DNA of 64,000 nucleotides, taken from the NCBI GenBank assembly GCA_023263945.1, contig JALQTW010000004.1, positions 3,095-67,094 on the forward strand, given 5' to 3'. The stretch's first letter is position 1. Every line of letters begins with the position of its first letter. This stretch comes from Patescibacteria group bacterium (GTDB lineage Bacteria; Patescibacteriota; Gracilibacteria; Peribacterales; Peribacteraceae). The notes beneath the pieces were generated by a model that was not told the DNA's origin, did not search any database, and saw only the letters and a program-made list of their open reading frames with translations. Positions 1 to 9,394 of the stretch are shown piece by piece. Both the position numbers and the translations under genes were made by a program.

Positions 1-1317
1 CGCATCATTACCAAGCACTACGAGCTGTTCGGCTTCGTGCCGATTGAAGTGGCCGCCGTCGAGCGCGCGGACGTCCTCCTCAGCAAGTCCGGGGAGAACA
101 CCAAGCAGATCTACGGCATCCACCTGCTCGAACGCAGCGACCAGTCGCACGGAGAATCGGACAAGAGCCTCGCGCTCCACTTCGACCTCACTGTGCCGCT
201 CGCCCGCTACGTGGCCCAGAACTACGGCAAACTGGACTTCCCGTTCCGCCGCTACCAGATCCAGAAGGTCTGGCGCGGGGAACGTCCGCAGGAAGGCCGC
301 TTCCGCGAGTTCTACCAGTGTGATATCGACGTCATCGGCGACGGCGATCTCGGCCTTCTGCACGACGCGGAGATGCCCGCCGTTATCTACGGCATCTTCT
401 CGGAACTGCAGGTGGGCAAGTTCGTCATCCGCCTCAACAATCGCAAGATCCATAACGGCCTCCTCGACCATCTGGGCATCCCGCTGCACTACGTCGAACG
501 CAGTGAAGCACAGCCCGGGCCGGACTGGGAGGGACCGGTGGAAGCTCAGCGCAACACGCTGACGCTGATCGACAAGATGGAGAAGGACGGTCTGGAGAAG
601 ACCAAACAGGACTTCCGCGACCATGTCGGTGTTTCCGAGGAAAAGCTCACCGCTCTCCTCGAAGTGCTGACGTTCAAGGATACGCCTGCCGCGACTCTCC
701 AGTGGCTCCAGTCCCGCCAGCACGGTGACCTGTTCACGCAGGGCGTGACCGAACTCACGGAAGTGATCGGCCACATGCGTTCGCTGGGCGTCCCCGACGA
801 CTGCTTCGCCGTCGATCTCGGCATCACGCGCGGTCTCGATTACTACACCGGCACGGTGTACGAGACCATGCTCGTGAACCACGAGAGCATCGGCAGCGTC
901 TGCTCGGGAGGCAGGTTCGACGACCTGGCAAGCACGTTCATCGACCGTAAGCTGCCGGGCGTCGGCATCTCCATCGGGCTGACCCGGCTGTTCACGTCGC
1001 TCCAAAAGCACGGCGTGATCAAGACGGAGGCCAGTCCGAAGTCCACGGCCAAGGTTCTGATCCTCCAGATGCACCCGGACATGCGTTCGGACTGCTTCCA
1101 ACTGGCGACGGACCTGCGCCGCGCGGGCGTGACGTGCGAAGTCTTCTTGGAAGACCGTAAGGTCGACAAGCAGACGAAGTACGCCGTGAAGAAGCGCATT
1201 CCCTACGTCGTGTTCCTCGACCAGAAGCGCAAGGAGCGCGGCGTCTGCACCGTCCGGCATTTCGAGGGGGATGAACAGGAAGTTCCTCTCGAGAAGCTCG
1301 TCGAACACCTCAGTTAA
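1..1317 (+). CDS. hisS: Histidyl-tRNA synthetase (class II), 5' end cut by window edge
   Basis: The frame is open from nt 1 (RIITKHYELFGF precedes the listed GTG at 37). HisRS motif 2 is FRRYQIQKVWRGERPQEGRFREFYQCDIDVIG and motif 3 is CSGGRFDDL. Stop TAA at 1315-1317. Visibly GC-richer than all downstream sequence. Confidence 0.85.
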   Translation, partial: RIITKHYELFGFVPIEVAAVERADVLLSKSGENTKQIYGIHLLERSDQSHGESDKSLALHFDLTVPLARYVAQNYGKLDFPFRRYQIQKVWRGERPQEGRFREFYQCDIDVIGDGDLGLLHDAEMPAVIYGIFSELQVGKFVIRLNNRKIHNGLLDHLGIPLHYVERSEAQPGPDWEGPVEAQRNTLTLIDKMEKDGLEKTKQDFRDHVGVSEEKLTALLEVLTFKDTPAATLQWLQSRQHGDLFTQGVTELTEVIGHMRSLGVPDDCFAVDLGITRGLDYYTGTVYETMLVNHESIGSVCSGGRFDDLASTFIDRKLPGVGISIGLTRLFTSLQKHGVIKTEASPKSTAKVLILQMHPDMRSDCFQLATDLRRAGVTCEVFLEDRKVDKQTKYAVKKRIPYVVFLDQKRKERGVCTVRHFEGDEQEVPLEKLVEHLS

Positions 1318-1348
1318 CCCATTCCTTCCAAAAGCCGAAGAGCGGCAG

Positions 1349-1386
1349 CCCCAGGGAGACATCCGTCTCCTTGGGGCCCTTTTTTA
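1349..1386 (+). terminator. Intrinsic terminator after hisS
   Basis: Stem CCCCAGGGAGAC / GTCTCCTTGGGG (one G-U pair), loop ATCC, followed by CCCTTTTTT. Confidence 0.6.
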
Positions 1387-1439
1387 CCTCTCATCATCGG
1401 ACTATCATAGTCCGTCCAATCTGTTACTTCCGTATAGCT

Positions 1440-2087
1440 ATGAATCAACCTAACGCGAAATCATACGAAATTTCAGAAGCAGTCGACCGATTGCCTTCCA
1501 TTACATCGTTGTATCGCGATGTTTTTGCTTCTCCTCCCTGGAATGAGGCGTACCGCTGTACCACATGTGAAAAATCATTCGGGAAAGATGTGGGTAGCGA
1601 TTACAATTGCTGCGGCAATCCCGTTGTGGATTACTATCCTCTCGAGGAAACGACTGGAAGAATTCTCGAACAGTTGACCCGAACCAAAGCACGCATCGCA
1701 CTTGCAACCAATGACGCATCGACCGAAAAAATAGTAGGATTTTCTTGGGGATGGGAAGATTCTTTAAAAGACAAGCATGCAGATCATTTCAGCTTCAGTA
1801 GCGACGAGGCTTTGATGATCCGCGATATGCTCGGCTTGTTCGATCAGGATACCTTCTTTTACCTTTCTGAACTCGGATTGCATGAGTCACAGAGAGGCAA
1901 GGGCCTCGGCAAGAAACTCTATGAAACCGTGCTGGAGGCACGAGATCGAATGACCTCCGCAGCCATTCTCATGCGGACAACCAAGAAGTCTCCCGCATTT
2001 TCGATTGCCACGCGTAATCCACTATTCCCACTGAAAGTTGTTCACGAATTTCGTGACGATTTGGATCGCGTAGTCCTTTATTCTTGA
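1440..2087 (+). CDS. GNAT-family N-acetyltransferase with N-terminal Cys cluster
   Basis: ATG at 1440 (MNQPNAKSYE) is preferred over the upstream non-ATG start. Acetyl-CoA motif A is QRGKGLGKKLY. N-terminal CTTCEK...NCCGNP cysteine cluster. Acceptor substrate unknown. Confidence 0.6.
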   Translation: MNQPNAKSYEISEAVDRLPSITSLYRDVFASPPWNEAYRCTTCEKSFGKDVGSDYNCCGNPVVDYYPLEETTGRILEQLTRTKARIALATNDASTEKIVGFSWGWEDSLKDKHADHFSFSSDEALMIRDMLGLFDQDTFFYLSELGLHESQRGKGLGKKLYETVLEARDRMTSAAILMRTTKKSPAFSIATRNPLFPLKVVHEFRDDLDRVVLYS

Positions 2088-2243
2088 ATTTGAAGCCAAT
2101 AAATGGACTGTATCACCTAGTTGACACAACTCGTCCAGCCATCTATGATCCACTCGCAATGTCCATTCGGACCGTCCGCAACTGGCATCATCACCATCTT
2201 CCCTGCTAACGGGAGGCGGTGTGCCTGTTGTGAATTTTGTACA

Positions 2244-2270
2244 CTCGCATCTCCCGTGTGAGTTTTTTTG
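2244..2270 (+). terminator. Intrinsic terminator downstream of the GNAT gene
   Basis: Stem CTCGCA / TGTGAG (one G-U pair), loop TCTCCCG, then T7. It separates the GNAT gene from the next transcription unit. Confidence 0.5.
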
Positions 2271-2285
2271 TTTTATATCCCCATT

Positions 2286-3101
2286 ATGGATCTTAAAGTC
2301 GCCAAAGTACTGCCCGGAGGAAATTCCACGATTATCGTGGAAAGCGAGATCGAACCCGGACTTCGTGCGAAAGTTTCGAACATTCTCATGGGTGCGGATT
2401 ATCTGTGTGCCGAACAGGTGGGATTCCTCCGTTCTCCAATTGATCCACAGAAAGCGGAAGCAAGATTGGAGATGATGGGAGGTGAACTCTGCATCAACGC
2501 TTTGCGATCGACAGCCGCATTGTTGTATTCCAAGGATGTATCGAAAACGAACGTGCGCCTTGAAAGTTCCGGTTTCAGCGGCACCCTCGAATGCACGAAT
2601 GAGACAAAAGATGATCGAATCGAAACGAGCATTCAACTTTCCTGTCCTCTCAATTTTACAGAAAAGCCGTATGGCACGCTCGTTCAGCTGGAAGGAATCG
2701 CCCACCTGGTTCACAAAGTACAGAGCATGCCCGAGAAGAAAAGTGCCGAAGAAGAATTTCGCTCTCTCATCGAGAAGGATGGCGATCTGAGTGCATTGCC
2801 CGCTTGCGGATTCATGCCCTACATCGAAGACGGGACAGTCGTCACATTTATGCCGTTAGTGTACGTGCGCGACACCGATTCGATGATCTTTGAGACCGGT
2901 TGCGGGTCGGGAAGCATTGCCGTTGCGCTTACACGATACAATTCAAATAAAGAAAACAACGCTGTATCTATCCTACAACCGAGTGGCGAAAACTATTCCA
3001 TTGAGATTGTTGACGAAGGAGACAATACAGTACTTGCACGACTTTCCAGTGCTGTATCGATGATTTTTACAGGCACTGTTTCCATTCCTTCTTCTCTATG
3101 A
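2286..3101 (+). CDS. DapF/CntK-like two-cysteine (PLP-independent) racemase/epimerase
   Basis: ATG 2286 (MDLKVAKVLPGGNSTIIV). The first catalytic-type Cys lies in MMGGELCINALRS and the second in ETGCGSGSIAVAL, the spacing typical of the DAP-epimerase fold. TTATAT sits 7 nt upstream of the ATG. Substrate not inferable. Confidence 0.55.
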   Translation: MDLKVAKVLPGGNSTIIVESEIEPGLRAKVSNILMGADYLCAEQVGFLRSPIDPQKAEARLEMMGGELCINALRSTAALLYSKDVSKTNVRLESSGFSGTLECTNETKDDRIETSIQLSCPLNFTEKPYGTLVQLEGIAHLVHKVQSMPEKKSAEEEFRSLIEKDGDLSALPACGFMPYIEDGTVVTFMPLVYVRDTDSMIFETGCGSGSIAVALTRYNSNKENNAVSILQPSGENYSIEIVDEGDNTVLARLSSAVSMIFTGTVSIPSSL

Positions 3102-4687
3102 ACAACGAACTTACTTCCAGCGGCATGGACACCGCCCGCATTGATCGCGAAACAAAGGGATTCGCCTCAGGCATTCCGCAATTTCTGGCACAATCTTGGC
3201 AGGGAACGCTCTTCGGAACCGAGCGCAACAGTATGAAGCCTTCTGAGGCTGCCGGACTGCAGGATGCCGTCGAAGCGGCGGTCCGGAAAGAGTTGAGTGA
3301 TGTGCACCCTGAACAGATGCGGCTGATTCTTGATCACGCGAAAGCAGTAATGCTTTGTTTCCTGCAGAGTAAAGACATCGTCGCCACGATTGATCAAAAC
3401 GGTCTCGCGGATCTGACACGCGCTGCGATCGCTTCATGCAAGGATCCTAACTACTTCGAAGACATGGAAATTCGCATCGGTTTCGGTTCAGCTCCACTGT
3501 CATCCCCCAATGCACGTGTACCCGCATACGTGCTTTCAGCAAAAAAAATTCTTGAATCCCTACTGAAAGGTCGCGAACGATCCGAATTGCTGACACGCTT
3601 GGATATGGTTTCTCCAAAATTTCCTGCGAACAAATACGGAAAACTGCGGACGAATCTTTTATTTGATCGACCATTGAGCGAGGAACAGACTCAATTGCTG
3701 TCTGCAATGCAAGAAATGCTTGAAGCAAGTATTTCATCTGATGCAACAGCGGAAGCCACGGTAGAAACGCCTTTCCCCAAAACGCTGCCGACGGTAATTC
3801 TCTACTCGGCACACAATTTCGTCGGCAATACAAATGGCGACGCCGAAGCGGTTCGTTCATGTGCCCTGGCGAACATGAAATATTTGCAAGCCTTTGTTAA
3901 AGAAGCATGTGCCCCGAAAATCGTCGAACGATTCAGGTTTGATGAAGATCTCGAAGTGGAGGAAGCAAGTGTTCTCGGCAGGATGATCGAGTATTTCGCC
4001 TACACATTCAGAATCGCGACAGACGAGCGAACCATCCAGGCACGCGATAAAGTATTGGGTTTTGGAAGAAATCATGCCAAAGGAAATGAAGAAGGCTCAC
4101 TACGTTACGGCGTCTCACACGCACTGTATTCAGGCGATGCTATTGAATTGCCCTGTGTGCAGATGCTCCGCGAAGCTCCAGCAAAACCCCGAAAGTTGAT
4201 CATGATCGGCGGCGAGCCGGAAAAAGTCTTTTGGAAAGTGCGCCAGGCGGTTTGTCGCGAAGCGACTCTTGAAGGTGGCATTGGCTATTTCCGACGTCGC
4301 ATGGAGGAGATTGGTGTACTGCAAGAAGGATCGGGATATCCGGAAGTTCTACAACTTGTTGAAGGCCAAATGTTCGCAGAGAAAGAAGATTTACTCCGCA
4401 TACAACTGATCTCGAAAGTTGGAGAAATTCCTGTATATTCGGCGGAAAAAGCTGATAAAGAACCTTCTGTAGAGCAGATTATGGCAATGACACTTAATGA
4501 AATCATCCAAAAAGATATGGAGAGGACCTCCGTCAAAGAAGATCTGTTGCATCTCATTGCCGATCTTGGGGGAGTGCGAGCGGATGTTGTTCGCGATATC
4601 GCGAAGGGCAAACCAATGCAGCCGAGTGTTGCAGAAGGCATGGAACGCGGTTTGCAGCGCCTTAAGGGCATTATCGTATCCATGTGA
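3098..4687 (+). CDS. Hypothetical protein (529 aa), translationally coupled to the racemase
   Basis: ATG 3098 overlaps the upstream stop (ATGA at 3098-3101). Long ORF with no TM segment and no family motif recognisable by eye. Confidence 0.55.
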   Translation: MNNELTSSGMDTARIDRETKGFASGIPQFLAQSWQGTLFGTERNSMKPSEAAGLQDAVEAAVRKELSDVHPEQMRLILDHAKAVMLCFLQSKDIVATIDQNGLADLTRAAIASCKDPNYFEDMEIRIGFGSAPLSSPNARVPAYVLSAKKILESLLKGRERSELLTRLDMVSPKFPANKYGKLRTNLLFDRPLSEEQTQLLSAMQEMLEASISSDATAEATVETPFPKTLPTVILYSAHNFVGNTNGDAEAVRSCALANMKYLQAFVKEACAPKIVERFRFDEDLEVEEASVLGRMIEYFAYTFRIATDERTIQARDKVLGFGRNHAKGNEEGSLRYGVSHALYSGDAIELPCVQMLREAPAKPRKLIMIGGEPEKVFWKVRQAVCREATLEGGIGYFRRRMEEIGVLQEGSGYPEVLQLVEGQMFAEKEDLLRIQLISKVGEIPVYSAEKADKEPSVEQIMAMTLNEIIQKDMERTSVKEDLLHLIADLGGVRADVVRDIAKGKPMQPSVAEGMERGLQRLKGIIVSM

Positions 4688-4771
4688 TGCGACCCAGCGC
4701 TTTACTGAACTAGAGTGGTGCAGAGGGGCCTGTGGGACGTAGGATGTTCTGGTATGCACAACTGGAATGCA

Positions 4772-5254
4772 ATGAAAGGCAAGGTCTACGTGACCTCAGG
4801 TGTCGGCTACGGCACTACGCCCTTAGCCGCTTTTGATGCCGCAGAGGTGCAAGCAAAAATCATGGCAACCAATGCAATCCGGGTCACTTCATTCGTGCCG
4901 CCGCATTGGGAAATTGTCACGAACAATGCAGAACTTGAAAAACTCTCCGGCAAAGGTGCCTTCCTTCCGATGGCTTATCAATACGCGGTTTCCAATGCAG
5001 AGCGGGCAACATCGGCGCTCGTCATCGGCGTGAACGAGAACCCAGAACACGCATCTATCATCATGGAACATGCGGAGGTCGGCATGCATCAGGACAAGCT
5101 CCTCGTCATCGCGAAGAAATCGATTCAGGAGGTCTTCGGTTTTCGGAATTGGAAGGTCAAAGAATATGTCGAGACGACGGCAAGCGCCGAGCCGAAGGAC
5201 GGCCAGTATGTTTGCGCCCTCGTCGCTGCCCTGTATTTCCCTGATGGGGAGTAG
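4772..5254 (+). CDS. pdaD: Pyruvoyl-dependent arginine decarboxylase
   Basis: MKGKVYVTSGVGYGTTPLAAFDAAEVQAKIMATNAIRVTS|FVPP matches the PdaD self-cleavage region (archaeal RISS|IMPP). Size (160 aa) also fits. ATG 4772 chosen. Confidence 0.8.
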   Translation: MKGKVYVTSGVGYGTTPLAAFDAAEVQAKIMATNAIRVTSFVPPHWEIVTNNAELEKLSGKGAFLPMAYQYAVSNAERATSALVIGVNENPEHASIIMEHAEVGMHQDKLLVIAKKSIQEVFGFRNWKVKEYVETTASAEPKDGQYVCALVAALYFPDGE

Positions 5255-5333
5255 TCAGGTCAATTCGGACAGCGGAAAGCCTTGAACCGCATTCCTGAGT
5301 GCGTTCATTTTCTCAAAGATTCGGTTTGGAAGG

Positions 5334-5339
5334 TATACT
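5334..5339 (+). promoter_or_regulatory. -10 box (TATACT) placed for a leaderless start
   Basis: TATACT, then 6 nt (GCCAAT), then ATG at 5346. Confidence 0.45.
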
Positions 5340-5345
5340 GCCAAT

Positions 5346-6500
5346 ATGAAAGATCGAAAATTGTCCAAGGAAAAGCTCGCTGCCGAGATGGCCGCGCCTA
5401 TTAAACGCAAGGAGGCCGAGCTGGCTGAGAAAGAGAAGAACTTGGAAGAATCGTTCAAGAAGAAAATAAGCGTAGAACGTGAGCAAATTTGGCAAGAAGC
5501 GGATAAGAAGGCGCGGGAAGAGGTCGGAACAAAGCTGACCGATTTGGAACAGGCGTATGCCGACAAAGATCGCAAACTGCGTGAAGCAGAACAGAGAGAA
5601 TTGGATCTGATGAAAAAGCAGCGGGAACTCGAAGAAAAAGAGCGAACAATGGAACTGGAAGTCGAACGCAAGCTTTCGCAGGAGCGAAAGAAGATCGAGG
5701 GTGATGCCCAGAGCAAGGCTGCGGACGAATACCGTCAGCAGCTCATGGCAAAAGATGAGCAGATGGATCAGATGAGAAAAACAATCGACGATCTGAAGCG
5801 CAGGAGTGAACAGGGTTCGATGCAGATCCAAGGAGAAATCCAGGAAGACGGTCTGAAGATCGACCTGTGTGCCGCCTTCCCGGAAGACACCGTGGAGGAT
5901 GTGCCAAAGGGCGTTTGCGGTGCGGATCTCATTCAGACCGTACGTACCCGTGGCAATTTTTGCGCGGGCACGATGATTTGGGAGAGCAAGAACACAAAGA
6001 ACTGGGGCGGCGACTGGATCAAAAAACTCAAGGATGACCAAGTGGAGGCAAAGGCGGATCTTTGCATCATCGTTTCACAGGTGTTGCCTGAAGGGATGAA
6101 GGGATTCGGGCTCGTTGACGGCGTCTGGGCGACCAATCTGCATCACGCCTTGCCTCTGGCTCACGCTCTGCGTCACCAGCTTTTGCAGCTTGCACAGGTA
6201 AAAGCATCCCTCGTTGGCAAAGACGAGAAAATGGAAATTCTGTACCGCTATCTGACAAGCCCGCAATTCAAGAACCGAATGGAGAACATCGTAAGCGCGT
6301 TCATGAGCATGCAGACCGATCTCGAAAGCGAGAAACGGGCTTTCCAAAAGCACTGGAAGAAGCGGGAAAAGGAAATCGAACGTGTCATAGAAAACACCAC
6401 TGGCATGTATGGTGACTTCCAAGGCCTGATCGGAGCGGCCTTGCCGACGATCTCAAATCTCGAATTGCCATCGGGTGAGGATGAGGTTGAAGAGGCGTAG
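5346..6500 (+). CDS. DUF2130-like coiled-coil protein with C-terminal nuclease-like domain
   Basis: The N-terminal ~170 aa are K/E-rich coiled coil. The C-terminal block GADLIQTV...GTMIWESKNTKNWGGDWIKKLKDD...ADLCIIVSQVLP resembles the DUF2130 family (from memory). Confidence 0.55.
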   Translation: MKDRKLSKEKLAAEMAAPIKRKEAELAEKEKNLEESFKKKISVEREQIWQEADKKAREEVGTKLTDLEQAYADKDRKLREAEQRELDLMKKQRELEEKERTMELEVERKLSQERKKIEGDAQSKAADEYRQQLMAKDEQMDQMRKTIDDLKRRSEQGSMQIQGEIQEDGLKIDLCAAFPEDTVEDVPKGVCGADLIQTVRTRGNFCAGTMIWESKNTKNWGGDWIKKLKDDQVEAKADLCIIVSQVLPEGMKGFGLVDGVWATNLHHALPLAHALRHQLLQLAQVKASLVGKDEKMEILYRYLTSPQFKNRMENIVSAFMSMQTDLESEKRAFQKHWKKREKEIERVIENTTGMYGDFQGLIGAALPTISNLELPSGEDEVEEA

Positions 6501-6597
6501 GACTATACCTTCGATTGCATGATTTTCATCGGATTGTCCTCTGCTGGATATCTCGGATTTTCTGTAGTGTAAGAGCAAAACGGTAGGGCTCAGGTGT

Positions 6598-6672
6598 TGG
6601 CTGGGGAGGAGGGATTCGAACCCCCGAATGCCTGCTCCAGAGGCAGGTGCCTTACCACTTGGCTACTCCCCA
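6598..6672 (-). tRNA. tRNA-Gln (anticodon CUG), CCA encoded
   Basis: The reverse complement reads TGGGGAG TA GCC AAGTGGTAA GGC A CCTGC CTCTGGA GCAGG CATTC GGGGG TTCGAAT CCCTC CTCCCCA GCCA. The 7-bp acceptor stem is perfect, the D-stem is the 3-bp Gln type, and the anticodon loop is CU-CUG-GA. Confidence 0.9.
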
Positions 6673-6724
6673 ACGTGCGCGGAATAGTAGCATAGTTGTT
6701 TGTGCTCTGTATTTGAAATCAATT

Positions 6725-8023
6725 TCAGAGCGCTTCAATACTTATTTCTTCTATATTTCCTCGTTCTCGAAATTCAATAAGCATGGAATTCATGAATGCT
6801 CTTCTGGGAACTTCCACTTCCATCTCAAATGCATAACGGTGCGGCTCAATGATTTTGCTGTTGAATGACAGTAAGTTTCCTTTATTGCTGCTGATAATAC
6901 CTACATTCGTCGCAAGAACGCCTATTTCACTTTTTGGAACAAGACGAAGTTTGTATCGCCTTCCACGGAGGACATTCCGAAAACTCCCCCAATCGATGGG
7001 AGGATGTTTTTTTACGACGTCCCCATTCGGCTCATTGCTGCTACCTTTCTCTAGCTGATCCTGCCAGCTTTGCCAGCGTACAGGCTTTTCTACATGAGGA
7101 AGCCTTCCGATCGTCCGTTTCAGTTTGCTCAGCCGCGCTACGTTACTGGTATCCATTTCCATAAAAAGAGTGACAGCTTGTTGAATTTCCCCTTCTTTGG
7201 GGGGCTTATTGTGGATTGCCGTAATATTGACGCCATGGTCTGCAAGCGGGCGGAGCACTTCATACAAAGAACCACGCCTGTTCAGAATGCGAAGAAGAAC
7301 GGCATGGTAGGGCATATCGTTATCATCGTCAGGTTCTCGTGATTCATAATCACGCTGCAAAAGGAGCATTTGCGTCACATTCCTTGAACCAGGAAGATTC
7401 GAAGCATCATCGTGATGCACATTTAAATTCAGTGCTTCCGCCGCACTGCGCGTGCCAAGTCCTACAAGATTTGGATCCTTTTTTTCGTGAACCTGTTTGA
7501 GTCCCAGTACGGTTGAGGGCATTCCCTCATGCGTTGAAATGGTATCAATCTTTCCGGGAACCAGAACCGGCGCATGAGCCAGTTCTTTACTGACGTTGGA
7601 TGTTCCGACCATGTTAGATGATTGCCGAAGAGCCTGGAAGTGCGAAGCGACCGCAGTTGCTTTGGAAGTATCGTTTCCTACGCCACAGAGACACATGTAC
7701 ACATGATGATGTGTTGTTGCGACAATTCTCATCCCGGGATCTCTCAAAATAGCCTCGATGAATCTCCAATGTTCCGGAACAAGGCCCGAACTCGTATTTT
7801 CTAAAGGAATAAGCATGGATGTTCTTCCAAGTTTTTGTTGATTCCACACTTCATCAATGGTTGGTAGATTGACGACTTCAACGGCTTGTCCGTGATATTC
7901 CTGATAATGCGCCGCTAAATTCCTCGCAGCTTCATCGGAATAGGAATATTGTCCAAGCGCTGCCAGACGTGTTGGTCCGTCCGGTTGCGGAAGGAGCCGT
8001 GAAGGTGGCTTTACCAAGTTCAT
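6725..8023 (-). CDS. Prephenate dehydratase-like protein with two C-terminal ACT-like domains
   Basis: LGQYSYSDEAA, IPLENTSSGLV and VASHFQALRQS match PDT signatures (GxxGxFSxxAA, VPIENSxxGxV, SHPQALxQC). ATG 8023 is preferred because a TGGTAGAAT promoter lies between it and the upstream GTG. Confidence 0.6.
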   Translation of the reverse strand: MNLVKPPSRLLPQPDGPTRLAALGQYSYSDEAARNLAAHYQEYHGQAVEVVNLPTIDEVWNQQKLGRTSMLIPLENTSSGLVPEHWRFIEAILRDPGMRIVATTHHHVYMCLCGVGNDTSKATAVASHFQALRQSSNMVGTSNVSKELAHAPVLVPGKIDTISTHEGMPSTVLGLKQVHEKKDPNLVGLGTRSAAEALNLNVHHDDASNLPGSRNVTQMLLLQRDYESREPDDDNDMPYHAVLLRILNRRGSLYEVLRPLADHGVNITAIHNKPPKEGEIQQAVTLFMEMDTSNVARLSKLKRTIGRLPHVEKPVRWQSWQDQLEKGSSNEPNGDVVKKHPPIDWGSFRNVLRGRRYKLRLVPKSEIGVLATNVGIISSNKGNLLSFNSKIIEPHRYAFEMEVEVPRRAFMNSMLIEFRERGNIEEISIEAL

Positions 8024-8034
8024 ACAAGTGAGGC

Positions 8035-8043
8035 ATTCTACCA
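8035..8043 (-). promoter_or_regulatory. Extended -10 promoter (TGGTAGAAT)
   Basis: The reverse complement reads TGGTAGAAT, 11 nt upstream of ATG 8023. Confidence 0.4.
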
Positions 8044-8072
8044 GCACCTGTCGCGGGAAGAAACGCTCGATA

Positions 8073-9281
8073 TTACGAGCGGCTAGAACGCTTTGCCTTC
8101 ACAGAAAGTGAGGGGAGAAGCCCGCCAAACGCCATAAAGAGCAGCACAATGTAAACAATCCATCCCAGAATGGGGATGATCATAAGGAGCTTCAGTCCAA
8201 TGACAATCAGGAAGCTCACCAGGAAGTAGATCCACATATTCCATGGTGTTCGGTTTCTTGTCTCTATCCATCGTGTGAGTATCATGGCCGAGATTACGGT
8301 TCCAAAAACCCACGAGAAGATATAGAGGAAGAGCGTGAAGAGCGCGAGTGGAATTCCAATGAGGGTGACGAAGAGGAGCAGAATGAGAACGGGCGTTACT
8401 GCAACGTAGAGGAAGCCAATGAGGAGAGACCACCAGGGCTCAGCACGCACACGATCTCCCGCACGCTTGAACAGAGGTCTGGCAAGGAGGAGAAAAAGAA
8501 GCAGAATGAGAGCAGAAGAAAGGAGCGAGTACACACCAAACACAACGGCTAGTGCGCCTCCTGCAACGGCAGCTTGTTCCCACGTATCTGAATTCACCTT
8601 GGGGCCCAACGTGGTATCAAACTCTGCAGTAGCGTCTCTCTCCAGAGTAGGAGCAAAATCTGTTTCTCCTTCTTTTGTCCAATACCGAACATTCTCTGCA
8701 AAAGAAGCATTCTCTCTCAAGGAAAGATTTTGAATGGCAAGAATCGACTCTCCGTTGATAGTCCCGTTTAGGGTTGCTTTCTCCGCATGAATTTCGGCAG
8801 GTCCTTGCACACTCCCTCCTAGCGTCACGTCTCCTCCATAGATCTTGAGTGATTTTCCCACCTGAGCATCCATGACAATCGTTCCTCCAAAAATCATCAC
8901 ATCACCATCAATCACTGCGCCGGATGCAACGAAAATTTGTCCGCCTGCCACAATGAGATCTCCTTCTATATGTGCAGAAATGGTGACAGTCCCTCCTGCA
9001 ACACGCGCACTCTGCGTGACCGTTCCTTCTATGTTCACCTGACCACCTGCAGCCTGCAACGTATTGCCCACCGTACTGTCTATCTGTACGTTACTTCCTG
9101 CAACAAGAAGATCGCCCGATACATTTTCCTCTATGTGGATCGTTGTACCTGCCACGTAGAGGTTATCGTTCACGGGAACCGTGACATTCACAAATTCCGC
9201 CTGCTGAAAGGTGGCAGCATGCACAGGAGTGGCGACTATTACCATGACAAGAGTCAGCACAACAGAAGAAAAGTGACGCAT
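8073..9281 (-). CDS. Membrane protein: signal peptide, bactofilin-like beta-helix repeats, C-terminal multi-TM domain
   Basis: Signal VMVIVATPVHA|A. Repeated GDLxVAG / VxIxGxV segments resemble polymer-forming cytoskeletal repeats. The last ~170 aa hold 5-6 hydrophobic helices. Confidence 0.5.
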   Translation of the reverse strand: MRHFSSVVLTLVMVIVATPVHAATFQQAEFVNVTVPVNDNLYVAGTTIHIEENVSGDLLVAGSNVQIDSTVGNTLQAAGGQVNIEGTVTQSARVAGGTVTISAHIEGDLIVAGGQIFVASGAVIDGDVMIFGGTIVMDAQVGKSLKIYGGDVTLGGSVQGPAEIHAEKATLNGTINGESILAIQNLSLRENASFAENVRYWTKEGETDFAPTLERDATAEFDTTLGPKVNSDTWEQAAVAGGALAVVFGVYSLLSSALILLLFLLLARPLFKRAGDRVRAEPWWSLLIGFLYVAVTPVLILLLFVTLIGIPLALFTLFLYIFSWVFGTVISAMILTRWIETRNRTPWNMWIYFLVSFLIVIGLKLLMIIPILGWIVYIVLLFMAFGGLLPSLSVKAKRSSRS

Positions 9282-9394
9282 AGAGAGGGTGAGAAAGAAT
9301 GCTAAGCATACCCTTTTCTTGCTCTTTTTCTATCACATTTTTATCAGGAGTTGGAAATCATGTGCTACACTACGCACTTCTTTCCTTCCGGGTA

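Noticed and set aside
2022-2714. 230-aa minus-strand ORF, plus other ORFs overlapping 2221..2790
   Set aside because: They overlap the racemase-like gene, which has conserved catalytic blocks. None has a recognisable motif.
5255-6041. Minus-strand ORFs 5313..6041 and 5255..5716
   Set aside because: They are antisense to the K/E-rich coiled coil of the DUF2130-like gene. They are low-complexity Leu/Phe/Ser translations without a start context.
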